From: a virus
Direction: 5' to 3' (one strand)
DNA: 64,000 nucleotides
IMG/VR virus record: IMGVR_UViG_3300013286_000725
Span: 32,001-96,000 of that record
Part shown: piece by piece, positions 36,348-49,100 of the stretch
How the letters are laid out: each line of letters opens with the position of its first letter
Numbering within the stretch: position 1 is the stretch's first letter
The notes under the pieces: generated by a model
What the model was told of the DNA's origin: nothing
What the model saw: only the letters and a program-made list of their open reading frames with translations
Databases searched by the model: none
Program-made: the position numbers and the translations under genes

Positions 36348-37433
36348 TTACCATAAGTCATTCCAGGTACCGTTGTAAACCTGGGCTTTGTTAGTGGTTG
36401 TGTTGTAAATTATCTCACCGTAATTAGCGGCCGATAAAGACCTATTATCCCTTGCAGTACTGGTATACTTGGGCAACATCAAACTTTGACTTGCTCTAAA
36501 ACTACCTGCTACATCTAGCGTATAAGCAGGACTGCTATTAAAAATGCCTACTTGCTGGTTGATACTTCTAACTGTGACTGCATCTACTGTGCCGGAAGAA
36601 TTTTTTACTTTGATTAGGTAATCTTGTCCACTGGTATTACTAATCTGTTGAATAGCACTGCTAGACACATGAATTTCTGTATTCTGGCTTGATCCTAGAA
36701 TCAACGGAACACTATTTTGTATAGTAACTGTGCCTACTGTACGAGTACTAGTATCAGTTGCCATAAAACTTTGGGCGGATTTTAAATTTCCACCTTGATC
36801 AACTAGTGCATTTGCTTTGCTGGCAGTAACATTAAATGTCAGTCCTGATAAAGTCCCTGCATTAAAACCAGGTTTAATTTCTCCTGAGAATCCAGCAATA
36901 TTTGCTTTAGGAGTAAAGGGAGTAACTTCTTTGCTAAAGATTCCTAATAGAGTATTTGCAACACTTAATTTTACAACAAGTCGTCCTGTACCATTTGAAT
37001 CTAATACAGTATCTACTGTTAGTCCACTAACACCGTCAGTGTACTTGTAGATAGGGCCTGCGAGCGTTTGACTAGTTCCGTCACTGAACCAAAGTTGTTT
37101 ATTAGAACTGTCAATCCAAAAATCACCTTGTACTAGATTTAAAGGTGGTGTTGCCTGTACTACTGGACCACTACTAGTTTTGAAGCTGACACCGTCGTAA
37201 ACTTTAAGTCTATTTTGACTAGTATCATACCAAAGTTGACCTGTGATAGCATGTGGCGGTTCACTGTCATTGGCAAAATTTTCTAATAGATGCACAAAGT
37301 TTGTATCTATAAATTGTCCGTATCCGCTGGTATTTTTACCTATTAAGGTAAGGTCGGTGGCAAAATTGTCAGTTTTGGTATCAAGAATCTCTACTAGTAG
37401 AGTACCGTTAGTTTTATTAATTTGATAAGTCAT
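36348..37433 (-). CDS. tail fibre/baseplate protein, paralogue of its neighbours
   Basis: Same N-terminal LLENF/GQLWYD domain. Confidence 0.75.
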   Translation of the reverse strand: MTYQINKTNGTLLVEILDTKTDNFATDLTLIGKNTSGYGQFIDTNFVHLLENFANDSEPPHAITGQLWYDTSQNRLKVYDGVSFKTSSGPVVQATPPLNLVQGDFWIDSSNKQLWFSDGTSQTLAGPIYKYTDGVSGLTVDTVLDSNGTGRLVVKLSVANTLLGIFSKEVTPFTPKANIAGFSGEIKPGFNAGTLSGLTFNVTASKANALVDQGGNLKSAQSFMATDTSTRTVGTVTIQNSVPLILGSSQNTEIHVSSSAIQQISNTSGQDYLIKVKNSSGTVDAVTVRSINQQVGIFNSSPAYTLDVAGSFRASQSLMLPKYTSTARDNRSLSAANYGEIIYNTTTNKAQVYNGTWNDLW

Positions 37434-39556
37434 TATACGATTGCACCAGTAAAAATTATGTAGTTAATAGTTTGATAAGGATTCATTGTATTAACTGGAA
37501 CACTTAGATTGCCGCCATTTGCATCAACTCCGCCACTATTGGGCAAGTACTGAGCAGTGTCAGCTTCTGTTGGACCAAGATTTAAATTTGACACAGTTTC
37601 TATGTCTGCAACATCCGATACTGCACTAGGACGAATAGCATAATACTGATTGCCTTTTAAGTTAGTGTCAGGATTGGTTCCTTTTAAATCATGTTTATGA
37701 TCAGGAAGGTTTTGTGTTGATAATGTAACTTGCTCATGGCCAGCGCTTGAACCAACTTGATCTGCACTTACATCTGTTACTCGATTGGCCATTGCGGCAA
37801 TTGTAGTAATGTTTGTACCGTCAATTACACTTTTAACTGTGGTCCCATTATTCATACTGTCAGGGCCTAGGGGGAATCGACCTCTTAGATCCGGAAGTGC
37901 AAATGTTGATTGTCCTTTTAATAATCCCAATGCTTTATATGTATATTTTATAACTGCAAACAATTGTGGATAATTTGTAACTAGCTGCTCACTGCCATCG
38001 CAAAGCAAGTATCCGGACGGTAAAGTAACAGTGGGGTCTGTCAGATCGCCTGCCCATGGAAATATTGATCCTACGGGAACTGTGGCAATGTTTGACAAGA
38101 AACTTTGCTTGGTTGTTTTTAGCAGACCTACTCCAGGGCGGCTGACTACCAATAAATCAGTTGCATAAGAATCTGTTGCCAATGTTTTAGTGTTGATAAA
38201 AGTTGAGTCAAGGGTAGTAGTGAATTCTGCTGTGCCACCTGTGCCATTAAAGCTAACGGTGTTGCTGGTAATATCGCCAACTAATCTAAAATTTGTTGGG
38301 CTGGTTAAACTGTTAGCACTTCCTGAAATTGATCCTTGAATTGTACTGTTAGAAGACAAATTACCGTTAAATGTGCCGTAAAAATTATTGGCATAAATTT
38401 TATTAAACTTAGCACCAGTTGATCCAATATCAAACACACTATCTGTACTAGGTAACACAGCAGGTCCAGGTTTAGGATTACCTGCACCGTCGATCCAATT
38501 TAAATAAAGTTGTCCGTTAATTGTGGTATCATCGCCTAATGTACTGGTACTGGCCACTGTTAATGTAGTGCCAACTGATAATGTAGTTCCTGCGGTGATG
38601 CTAGTAGATGAGGCAATATCACCTGTTACATCAAGGGCTGCGGTAGGAGAAGTTTTATTAATACCAACAGTTGATCCTACTATACTCAACGGATTTAAAC
38701 CATCCCCGTTTGGTGCTCTAACTCTAAGAAAAATCTTATTGTTAGTACTATCGTTATTGGATAGAACTACACCGGCATCTTGTTTTAATTCAACAGTGCT
38801 TGATCCAACTCCGATAGTTAATCCACGAGCATTTTGAATTGTTAATTTATTACTAGTAACACTATCAGCATCGCTTCTTAAAAAATTTGATGCTGCTACT
38901 GTTGTACCATTAACAACTAGGGCACTTGCTTTTTCTGATAGCCCCCAAGAGGCATAGTTAGGACTAACATTAAAACCAACTTTTAAACTGGCATTTTCAA
39001 AGCCTCGAATAGTAATTTTAGGAGTAAATGCTTCGGTGGCAATAATAGCCACACTAATTCCGTTGACTAGAAAATTAATTATTGAATGATTAGTGTTGTT
39101 CGAATCTGCAATGATCTGTACTAGCGGCCCGCTTTCAGCGCCTGAACTATATTGAGGACCTACCAATATCCATGCACTACCCGACCATAGATATAGCTGT
39201 TGCTTAATAGTGTCAACCCATAAATCTCCAACTACCGCAGTAGTTGGTTTGATCTGATTTTTCTTTACATTACCAGATGCAACCCATCCAATACCGTCCC
39301 ATATTTTTAACTGGGGTTGTGGGGTAGGGCTGTTGGTATTAGTATCATACCATAGCTGTCCAAGTGTTGGGTGGCTAGGAGCAGACGGACTGGCGAAATT
39401 TTCTAATAGGTGAAGGAAATTTTCACCTAATTTTTGACTGTAGCCTGTATAGTTTTTTCCAATAAAAGTTAAACTTGTACTAGTATTGTTTACACCGCCA
39501 TCTGGTACTACTATGGCTTGGTATGACGGATCACTATGATTGATGTTGTATGACAT
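37433..39556 (-). CDS. short tail fibre with tail-collar domain
   Basis: PVGSIFPWAG...GYLLCDGS...FALPDLRGRFPLG; C-terminal NPYQTINYII. Confidence 0.85.
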   Translation of the reverse strand: MSYNINHSDPSYQAIVVPDGGVNNTSTSLTFIGKNYTGYSQKLGENFLHLLENFASPSAPSHPTLGQLWYDTNTNSPTPQPQLKIWDGIGWVASGNVKKNQIKPTTAVVGDLWVDTIKQQLYLWSGSAWILVGPQYSSGAESGPLVQIIADSNNTNHSIINFLVNGISVAIIATEAFTPKITIRGFENASLKVGFNVSPNYASWGLSEKASALVVNGTTVAASNFLRSDADSVTSNKLTIQNARGLTIGVGSSTVELKQDAGVVLSNNDSTNNKIFLRVRAPNGDGLNPLSIVGSTVGINKTSPTAALDVTGDIASSTSITAGTTLSVGTTLTVASTSTLGDDTTINGQLYLNWIDGAGNPKPGPAVLPSTDSVFDIGSTGAKFNKIYANNFYGTFNGNLSSNSTIQGSISGSANSLTSPTNFRLVGDITSNTVSFNGTGGTAEFTTTLDSTFINTKTLATDSYATDLLVVSRPGVGLLKTTKQSFLSNIATVPVGSIFPWAGDLTDPTVTLPSGYLLCDGSEQLVTNYPQLFAVIKYTYKALGLLKGQSTFALPDLRGRFPLGPDSMNNGTTVKSVIDGTNITTIAAMANRVTDVSADQVGSSAGHEQVTLSTQNLPDHKHDLKGTNPDTNLKGNQYYAIRPSAVSDVADIETVSNLNLGPTEADTAQYLPNSGGVDANGGNLSVPVNTMNPYQTINYIIFTGAIV

Positions 39557-40155
39557 TAGGCTACCTCACTAAGACCGGTCAAACTCTGTATACGAACCGT
39601 ATAATCAATTTGTATGAGTCTGTTCAGACTTTTTTGTACAGGATGAAAAATAACATGAGTTAGTAACTGCCCGTCTAATGTTTTTAATCCCAGTTCATCA
39701 AATACAAAGTCACTTTTGTTATTTGTGGTATTGTCAAATGCACTTTGGCCGCTGGGCTCGCCGTAGTCTAGAAAACAGGTAACAAATACATCAGTATAAT
39801 TGGTTCCGGTTACATGTCGAGTTTCAAGGTAGTTCCTTGTGGGGTCTAAGTTGGTAACTGAATTATTATCCACAACTTTTTGATATTTTTGATTGTATAA
39901 ACTTGCATTTGTGCCTGTAGAGTTAGGAGTAAGATATGTAATAATACCCGTTGGATTAATGCTTGTGCCGCCATTACCGAATGCCATACCGTAGATAAAT
40001 CCCTTCCTTGTATTAGCAATGCTCTGTGCAAGAGCCACACTCATGTTTTCGTAATGAATAGCATTACGCTTGTTTATATAGATTTCTTGTGTTTCGGGGT
40101 CATAAATTTTAATATGCCCTTCGATATGTATTCCGGATAAGTCTTTACTCTGCAT
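39556..40155 (-). CDS. putative baseplate structural protein
   Basis: Within structural operon; FDELGL...HVIFHPVQKSLNR. Confidence 0.65.
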   Translation of the reverse strand: MQSKDLSGIHIEGHIKIYDPETQEIYINKRNAIHYENMSVALAQSIANTRKGFIYGMAFGNGGTSINPTGIITYLTPNSTGTNASLYNQKYQKVVDNNSVTNLDPTRNYLETRHVTGTNYTDVFVTCFLDYGEPSGQSAFDNTTNNKSDFVFDELGLKTLDGQLLTHVIFHPVQKSLNRLIQIDYTVRIQSLTGLSEVA

Positions 40156-40175
40156 GTTGATCTCTCATAGTTTAT

Positions 40176-40182
40176 TATTTAT
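40176..40182 (-). promoter_or_regulatory. late promoter (ATAAATA)
   Basis: Overlaps the stop of the giant gene, upstream of ATG 40155. Confidence 0.55.
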
Positions 40183-43100
40183 CGTGGCCAGATAGTAGTA
40201 CTTTTCTTCACGAAATTAGCAACAATACTATTGGAATTTCTTAAAGATTGGTCCATCTCTCCCCACAACTGTCCTTGTTTTTTTACTAAAATGATTTTAG
40301 TGTTAGCAGCTGGTGGTGTTCTCAAACTGACAATACTGTTATTGACTGTAAATTCAGGCGGTAGTATTATGTCGCCGGCAGGGCTATACGGATATCCTAA
40401 AGTTTCAGAATACACTGTATATGCTGATTTTTTCAAACGATAGCCGCCAACAAATACTTCAATTTCATTAATATTATCAATATTAAAAGTAGGAGTTACA
40501 GTTGTACCAGTACCATCTGCTATGAATGTTTCTACTAACTCGCTATCAGTATAAGGAACAGTTTCTCCTGAACTAACATCTTGCACTAGAGAATTAACTG
40601 CATGTATTGTGGGAACTCCGGTTCCCAAAGTTCCTCGTCTTAGTTGACTAATAACATTGCCTAGTTTGTAAAAATATTCAATTCGTTCTCCGTTGATAAA
40701 CACCACACCTGGAAGATTCAGTGTTGGATTTGGCGTGGTTAATACTGATCCGTCAACAACTGCAATATCAGCAGAAGTTTGTTTCACTGCTTCTCTTAAT
40801 GTAGTTGAAGATGCTGCATTTAATCTCTTGTAGTGTGTTCGATTTAAAATATCTTTAAATTGCATAAATCCGAAACTATTTTCTTTAATAGGTATTCCAT
40901 TAAATGCAATGACTTGTATAACATCAGTGATTACTAGGGTAGATGTCAGCTGAATTGTTTTATAGTCAGACAAAATAATATAATCTACATTTAAAGTTAA
41001 TAATTGATTATTTTTAATAACCCATACTCTATCTTCAGCAACAACTTTGTCTGCTAATTTAAATTTTCCGCCAGTTTTGGCAGTAAATTCAAAATACTCA
41101 CTAGTATCTGGAACTAAGGTTGTTGCTGGTATCATCGTATCAGTTGTTCGTTTAATATCCAAAATAGAATGATTGTAGAAAGTGGTAACATCTATAGCAG
41201 TGTCTTGAGCATGTAGATTTTTAAATGTTATTGTGCCATTGTCGTTAATTCTGTAATCGTCATTGGCATCAACAACGATTGTCAATTTGGCATTATTAAT
41301 ATACGACGACGGTACTAACACAACTGAGATTGTGTCGCTGTTTACTGTGAAGTCAGCGCCAAAATTTAATTTTATTCCGTTGACAAATACCCTAATATCA
41401 GTTACGGCAAGATTGTATGGTGCGAATTGATAGGTAGGAATAGTATATTCTAATTGATTGTCGGCCAGTATATGATAAAATGCAGTTGGCGGTTTAAGCA
41501 CTGTTGATCCTGCACGAACCAACACATTGGTTTCGTAGGGTAGTAATCCAGGAGTAGACAACACAGACGATGTCAAATTATCTAAACTGTAGGTATAATC
41601 AGTTCCGTTAGTTATTATTGATTGACTTTTTACAATACTGCTAGTACTGTCATTGACATTGATAATATATGTAACAATGCTACCGTTGGTCGGAATAGTT
41701 CCAAATCTAATTGCGGTTCTGTTGTTGCTGGCGTAAGTGTTATCTGTTTTAAACAGTACATAGTTTACTATCACGCCGTCAACTAACACAGTGGCATTCA
41801 AATTATCTTCTAACCACGGTGCCCGTGTAACAAACTCGTTAGTAGTACCGTCACTGACAAAATAATCTATATCTAATAGATTAGTACTACTAGGTCCAAA
41901 ACTGATTATGCTGACTACTGAATTCGCTGTAGGCACATTGACCAATGTGACCAAATTAGTGTTCATATCAATTTGATAGTCACCGGCTTCAATAATAGTT
42001 GTTCCAACTTTGACTATTATTGAATGATTTAATAAAAGTTTTTGAGCTATTGAATAAGTTGCTCCAACGCCGTCGGCTAGATAATTTTTAAAGAAAATAG
42101 TTGAATTGCCGCTGCTCGGTCTAGTATAAACTTTTATGGCCAAACTATCTAATATTTGTCCAGGTACAACTTCTTCGGGTGCGTGACTTGTCATGGGTGT
42201 AACAAACCCATCACCGTCAACATTGATATCATCAGGATTGACACCTATTGCTGTGCTTAATACTGTGCCTATAAATCGTCCGCCGTCCAGACTAGTGTCG
42301 TAAGAATCAGCATCAGGTGTTATACTGCTATCGCTTGCACGATTGTTTGTGTAGGAATCCCATTGATCAGATGCCCATCCTGCATCATTGTCCCAACCGC
42401 CTGCAATATGGAAATCTAATCCGCTTATATTAACTCCTGCATAATCAACACCGGTCATCAACTGAGAAAGATCTTTGGCGATTTCACCGGCTGCTGGGTT
42501 GTAATAAAAATTAATTCTATCAGTTGCAGACAAGTGATTAAAATCTTTTTCATAGTCAACAACAATCTTGGCACCTTTAGCAGGAGCAGAATCTAATTTT
42601 AAAATGCCAAAATATTTTGTAGTTCCATTTGCAGTAGTAGAAGTATTAGATAAAGAATATTCGTTTTTTAATACCTCAATTCCGTCTACAGTAACTCGTT
42701 GATAGATTGTAATTTCTGTTTTTGGGCTCCAAGTCAGCGAAAATTGTAGTCTTGATCCCGTACCAGTGAAAATATCAGTATGTAACAGAGTCGACGAATA
42801 GTAGGATTTTGAGATTCTATCAAATTTAATTGCCAATTTGCTAGTTCTAACAACTTCACTTTCTATTATAGCAACAGCTCTTGCAGCCACACCTCGAATT
42901 CCTAGGCCGCCGGCTAATACAATTTGTGGAGCTTTTAGGTAACCCGTTCCTTGATTTACTAGATCAATTCTATTGACTTTCCCGCCGGCTATGTATGCCT
43001 TTGCTACTGCATTTTGTCCGTAGCCGTCCAAGATCTTAACCACAGGTTCTGAAATATATCCAGAGCCGCCATCAACAATCTTTATCGAGTTTATTTTAAA

Positions 43101-46100
43101 TCCAACATTTTCTAACCACATTTTCCAAGGATAAGTGTTGATAACCGCCGAGTCGTATTCTACAATTCCTTGATCAGATACCGATACTGCAATAGGATGT
43201 ATCTGCTGAGTTGAATCTATTACTGGCAATAGATCAAAATCTGATACAGCATGTTTTGCGTAATCTATAGAATCATACGCACTGACATATTCTCTAATTT
43301 TTGTTCTATAAGGTTTGACTTCGTTAACATAATCCTCAAAGTTTTTAAGATTATCGTTGTTATAAGTTACTTTTTGTTTGAGCATGCCGACATTGTGTCG
43401 TGCTTTGACAAAGCTAGTTTTGAATGCCCAGTCAACAAAACTTTGTTCATACATAACATATCGCAAACTTGCGAAGAACAATTTTAAATATTCTAATCGC
43501 AATTCGTTGATTAATAACTTGTGCTTTATAGTGTCTAAAATTATGTTCAATTCTATGCTGGCAAAGTCGTCATATGTTGCGCCGTCATACAATTGATCAT
43601 CAAAACCCAATACAGTATTTGCATAATCATATAGACTACTTGAAAATTCAATTGTGCCGTTATATCTGCCAACAACTGTGTAATTTTGTGTATAATCAAT
43701 TGTAACAGTATTACTGTATTTTTGTAGTAATATCCAGCCTCCGGTTCCAATATTTTTTACTTTGACAACATCTCCAATATTTGAAGTTAATGATGATAAG
43801 AAATAGGTATTGTCCACAATGTAATCAATTTTTGTAAACTGATTATACCCGGTAGCATACCAGTCAATATATTTCCAAAATTTTGTAACATCATAGGACT
43901 GTGATTTTACTCGAGCCCAAGATTTAGTTCCAGCATTCCACTGCAATATTGCCCATTTATCAAACACAAACGCATCGCTAGTGACTAAAACAGAGTATGG
44001 TCGTATACTTAAACTAGTGGTAAGGGTGTTGTAGCCTTCGCCGCCGTCGAGGATAGTGTAACCGTTTATTCTACCAAGATTATCTAAAGTTGTTTTAATT
44101 ACAGCACCATTGCCCGTTCCAGTTACAGTGACAAATGGAGCATTAATATATCCAAATCCTTTGTTAGTAAAACTAACTTCAGTAATTACTCCTTTCACCA
44201 CGGTAGCAGTGGCAGACGCTTGAGAAAGATTTGAAGTTCCAATATATTGTAATTCTGCCCCCAACGAGATTGTGATATCCCATTTGCCTGTTATATAACT
44301 AGGGGCAGATTCATACTTTGATAAACTGGTAATATCGTGTGAGTCAGAAATTAAAACTTTTGCTAACACTGTGTTAGTTCTAGTTATGAATTGCTTTAAT
44401 GCTTCTAACCTATTGATAAACATACCTTGTCTTGGTCTAAATTGGACTCCGTAACGCTGTTTAACAGGTAACGATAAATTAGGAACTGTTTCATCATTGG
44501 CGTCGCGACCAGAAAGACTGTGAAACCATTTAGTTTCAATTTGTGCCGGTAATTCAGTGTCAATGTCTTCGCTGATTATTTTCCATTCGGTATGAAGATT
44601 TAATTCTTGATTATCAACAGTCCAATACTCTACATGTAAAGCAATGTCTGTAGATTTTAAATATTTTTTGCAATTGACTAGGTTAAAACTGTTGGTCCCT
44701 GTAAGTGCAAGACAGCTATAGCCATAGGCAGTTGGATCCGTAATCAGCGAAGATACTTCGGCTGCCGATAATGATCTGCCTAGTGCATTAGGTACAATCT
44801 GTTTGTTTCTAACCCAGAAATAGTAGGTAGTGATCAATACTTCACTAACAGAATCATAGCGTTGGCTTGTACTATATACTGCATCACCATACAAACTCTT
44901 GCCGCTTATATTGACAGCAAGCCCTGCTTCAGTATCTGCCCTGGCATCCCATTGACTTGGTTTTAGTCTTGACGATACCCATTCGTAAACATCAATACTA
45001 GCACTATTATACAATTTGTTCCAATTAGTACTTCTGTAAACAATGTCGCCGTCTACATTTTCTATGAACTTGGCTCTTGTAAGATCCCACCACAGCACCC
45101 CAACTTTGTCAGCTAACCAATTTGCACCGTTATCTATGTTAGCGCCTGAAACTGTTTTATCAGTGTAGGAGTATACTGCTGGATCATAGTATGTTTTATA
45201 TCTAATTTCTTGATCAGCTACTCCGGGAATGTGTCCTTGGATAGGCTCAACAATATCAAGATAAGTCACAATCTGATTTGACTTTTTATTATACAAGAAT
45301 ACTTTTTTAATTTTGTCAAGATTTATTCTATCAATCTGTTTGTGGTAAACTGACCAGGTCTTACTTCCAGCATTTTTTGTATAACTATAAACTAGTCCAG
45401 AATTAACAACAACCTTATCTTCTTCTTGTGGTGCCCCTACAATCACAGTATTATTTCCTACTGCAACGGACATACCGTATCTAGTAGATATTGGAAGTGC
45501 ATCGTTTGACACAATTCCCGAGAAACTTTCTGCATAGATAAACTTAGTGTTATACCTATCAAAAATATCAACTCTTCCAGATTGTATTAATCTATCAATA
45601 AATTTTAAAGACTTACTGTCAAAAGTTGTCATACCAGTGTCAAACATTGTGTCATTGCTGATATTTCCGTTAGCTGACAACACTACTAGAGAATTTGAAG
45701 AATCTATAAAACTAACAAATGCACCATAATGTTCATTTTCTTCATCTTTAGGACTTGATATTGTCTGTAAAAGATCATAGGTAAAATTAGAATCAATAAG
45801 TTTATTAAAAATATTTACTTTGCCATCTGACACGCTGGTTAACGATGACAACGGTGAGCCAACTGCTAGGTAGGCGCCGGTGGTTGATAAAGAAACACTT
45901 TCTCCAAATCTATCCCCGTCATCAATTGTTGGCACTTGTTGTCCACCAATGGTTGACATTAGACTGTAGGATGCTCCGTCGTATTGATATAAAAATATTC
46001 TACCGGTATTGGGATAATTTTGATTAGATAACAGAGTCCAGTTGGCATTAGGCGGTGCATCTGTTGTTGTGTGTAGTGCTTTAAAATAATTACCTGCATT

Positions 46101-49100
46101 GACTACCACTTGATTTGCAGTATAGAGTGTACCAAACTGATATTCTCCTTGTAATCCAGCAAAACTATTTTGGTCTGATCCCGGAGCACCAACAACTAGG
46201 ATATCACCCGTTTTAGTTGCGCTTACAGAATATCCAAATTGATCACCGGCAAATGTTACAGCAGACAATGTCTGCGTATGTGTCCAGGTAGTATTGGAAG
46301 AAGTGTATATGTCAACTTGTCCTTGTGACGAATTATAACCAACACTAGACACTGCTAGCATGTAGGTTGTTGCAGCACCAACAGAGTATTGACTAAAGGC
46401 CAATTTAGAACCAAATTGATCATTGGCTAAGATATTATTAGGCGGCGTTAGCACAGTGGTAATATTAAAACTTACCGACCCAATTGATATTATAGTTACT
46501 GTATTTGTTGTAGGATTACTATAGGCCAATATATTGCTGTCTGGACTAAATGCAATATCACCTGTTGCAATAGTTGTTATAATATTTGTGTAATTGTCCC
46601 AGGTGCCGTCGATGTTCTTACTAGATAGACTTATTTTATTATTATCGGCAACAGCAATAGTATTACCATTTAATGATACTGCAATTTTTTTACCGTAATT
46701 TAATCCTGTACTAGGAGATAGATTTGTAACTAAATTTTCATTATAAACGGGGTTGTTTTTATAAACCGTCCATTGACCAAGACCGTTGTTATCTGCCCAT
46801 AGTAGCTCATTAAGTTTGATAGACTTTGGCAATACTGTATTTGCATTGTCAATACTGTCAACCCTGCTCTTAATAAACTTGTATGAAGTAATTTGAGAAA
46901 GATCTTTAACTAAAAATTCAGTGTGTGTAAATCCTTCAACCGTTGCGTTGATATTAATTGTGGCATTTGTTATGGAATCTATTCGATAAAATCTATTCAA
47001 TGCTTTGGTGTTTTTGATACCAATTATGTCGCCTTGACTAACATTAGGTATTCTATTACAGACAATACTTAACACTTCGTTAGAGTAGGTTACATCAAGA
47101 ATTTTAAAATCATTTCTTGTGAATCTATAAACATTCCAATTAGCAGATTCAAATGCACACCATACATAATCTCCATCATTAAAAGCTGTTATATTTTGAG
47201 AAAATATATTGTTTTTAAGGCCGGTTAACGAATCAATACTATAATTGACATCATCGTATCTTACATACCCTGGGGTCCTTAAATACCCATCTTTATTTGA
47301 TACCGGCCATGGATTATTATTATAACCTACAGGTTTAATGTATACATCAGTAGGTATTTGTCTATAGACAAAGTCTAATAATGCAGGATCAACACGATTA
47401 ACTAACTCAAAAGGCTGAGGATTTATTTTAAATTCAGTTTCGTCTAAAATAAATTCTATTTCGTCAAATGTATCAACTGCTCCGTACTCTCCAACACGAA
47501 CTGCCCATTCTTCATTAAAAGTCAAACTTTCCATGTGATCTGTACTAAGCACATCAAATAACTTGTTTAATACATTCTGAGTACCTTTTTCAATTATCAT
47601 TCCCTGATAAAATTTGTACTGGCTTACATCGTCCTGTATGATGTTGGCAAGATACTGCCTCGGTTGGTATCCAATTAAATGTTGAGCAAACTTTTGTTGC
47701 TGTACATCAAAATTTCCGCTGTTTAGATTATAGAAATCTGTAAATTGCTCAACTTTGTAATCCCAATTTGGTAATAATTGAGGTGTTGGTTGTTTAGTTA
47801 ATTTTACCCATTGTTTGTCATTAAATTTATTTGCGCCGGGTAATGACACTGTTGCACTGTAGTAGAATGATTTATATTTTACAATGTCGCCTAGATGATA
47901 ATCGGTGTAAGGGGCCCAGTCACTTATTTTAGCTTGGTCAAAAATGAATCCAGGAATATTAAATGAACCGTTCCAATTTTTTGTTATGTATCCAAGCACT
48001 TTGACTTTTTCTTGTCTATAACCTGGTTCAAGGTTATAAATTACATCATTAAACATTGTACGATTATCTAACAACAATACATGTTCTTTTTGTACTAAAA
48101 ATATTACTGCACCATATATTCCGTGCTGAGTATTGGATGATGCTAATACAAATCCACTGTCGTTTCGATAGATATTAGTTAGATGTAAATCTAACATTTG
48201 TCCATCAACTCTAAAAATATGATATCCGTAAAATGCATCGTTGATATCGTTTACTGTGGTAAATTCAGTAATTAGTGTTAGTTGAGATGCGGCAGGACTT
48301 AGGCTCAGCACAGTGCCGCCGGCCCATCCTTGAGTTGTCCAGAATACGAATTCATTAGCAGCATTAGTCCAATTATTAACTGTGGTTAAATTATTATTAA
48401 AATTATCAAATGTAAACCCTTGATCTTTTAAATATTCACCGTAACCTAATAAAAAATCTACTACAGACTGAATTGAAGATAACTGAGCACCGTAGCTTAA
48501 AACATTCTCGGTGGTCTTATCCCATGTATCTCTAATATAAAAATCTACGCCGCCAGTATTTGGCAGTCCTGATAACTTTGCAAACAGGCCGGTATTAAAT
48601 GCAGTTAAACTAGTGTGTGTAGATGTTACTCGATAATATGCACTGCCGTATCGTACTACAGTGCCAACAAGGTAATATTGATTTTCACTCCAAGTAACAT
48701 AGCTTTCACTAAGGCCGGCAATGTTGGTTAATTGACCTTCTAGTTGGTAAGAATAATATTTAAAATAGGGATGCTCGTTTGTATAACCTGAAATTTCAAA
48801 TGATGTTCCGTCTGCACCTTTTGTGATAATTACACCGCTGTAGATTAGTTTTTGTACAGGACTGCTAGTGTTTAAAAATATATTATAATTTTCTTGCGGG
48901 ACAAAAACTCCGCCGGTGCTAGCAGGATTTTTACTGTCTAAAAGTAAATTAAATTTGGGCTTGCTGGTAAAGCCTCCAAGTTTTGATCCTAATTGATTTG
49001 TTAAAGATTGTAAATCTGCCATATACTGATCTACAAGCGTGGTGGTTTCGCCTGACATATAATCAACAATATAATTGACCAGTCCTGCTGTAAATACTCT

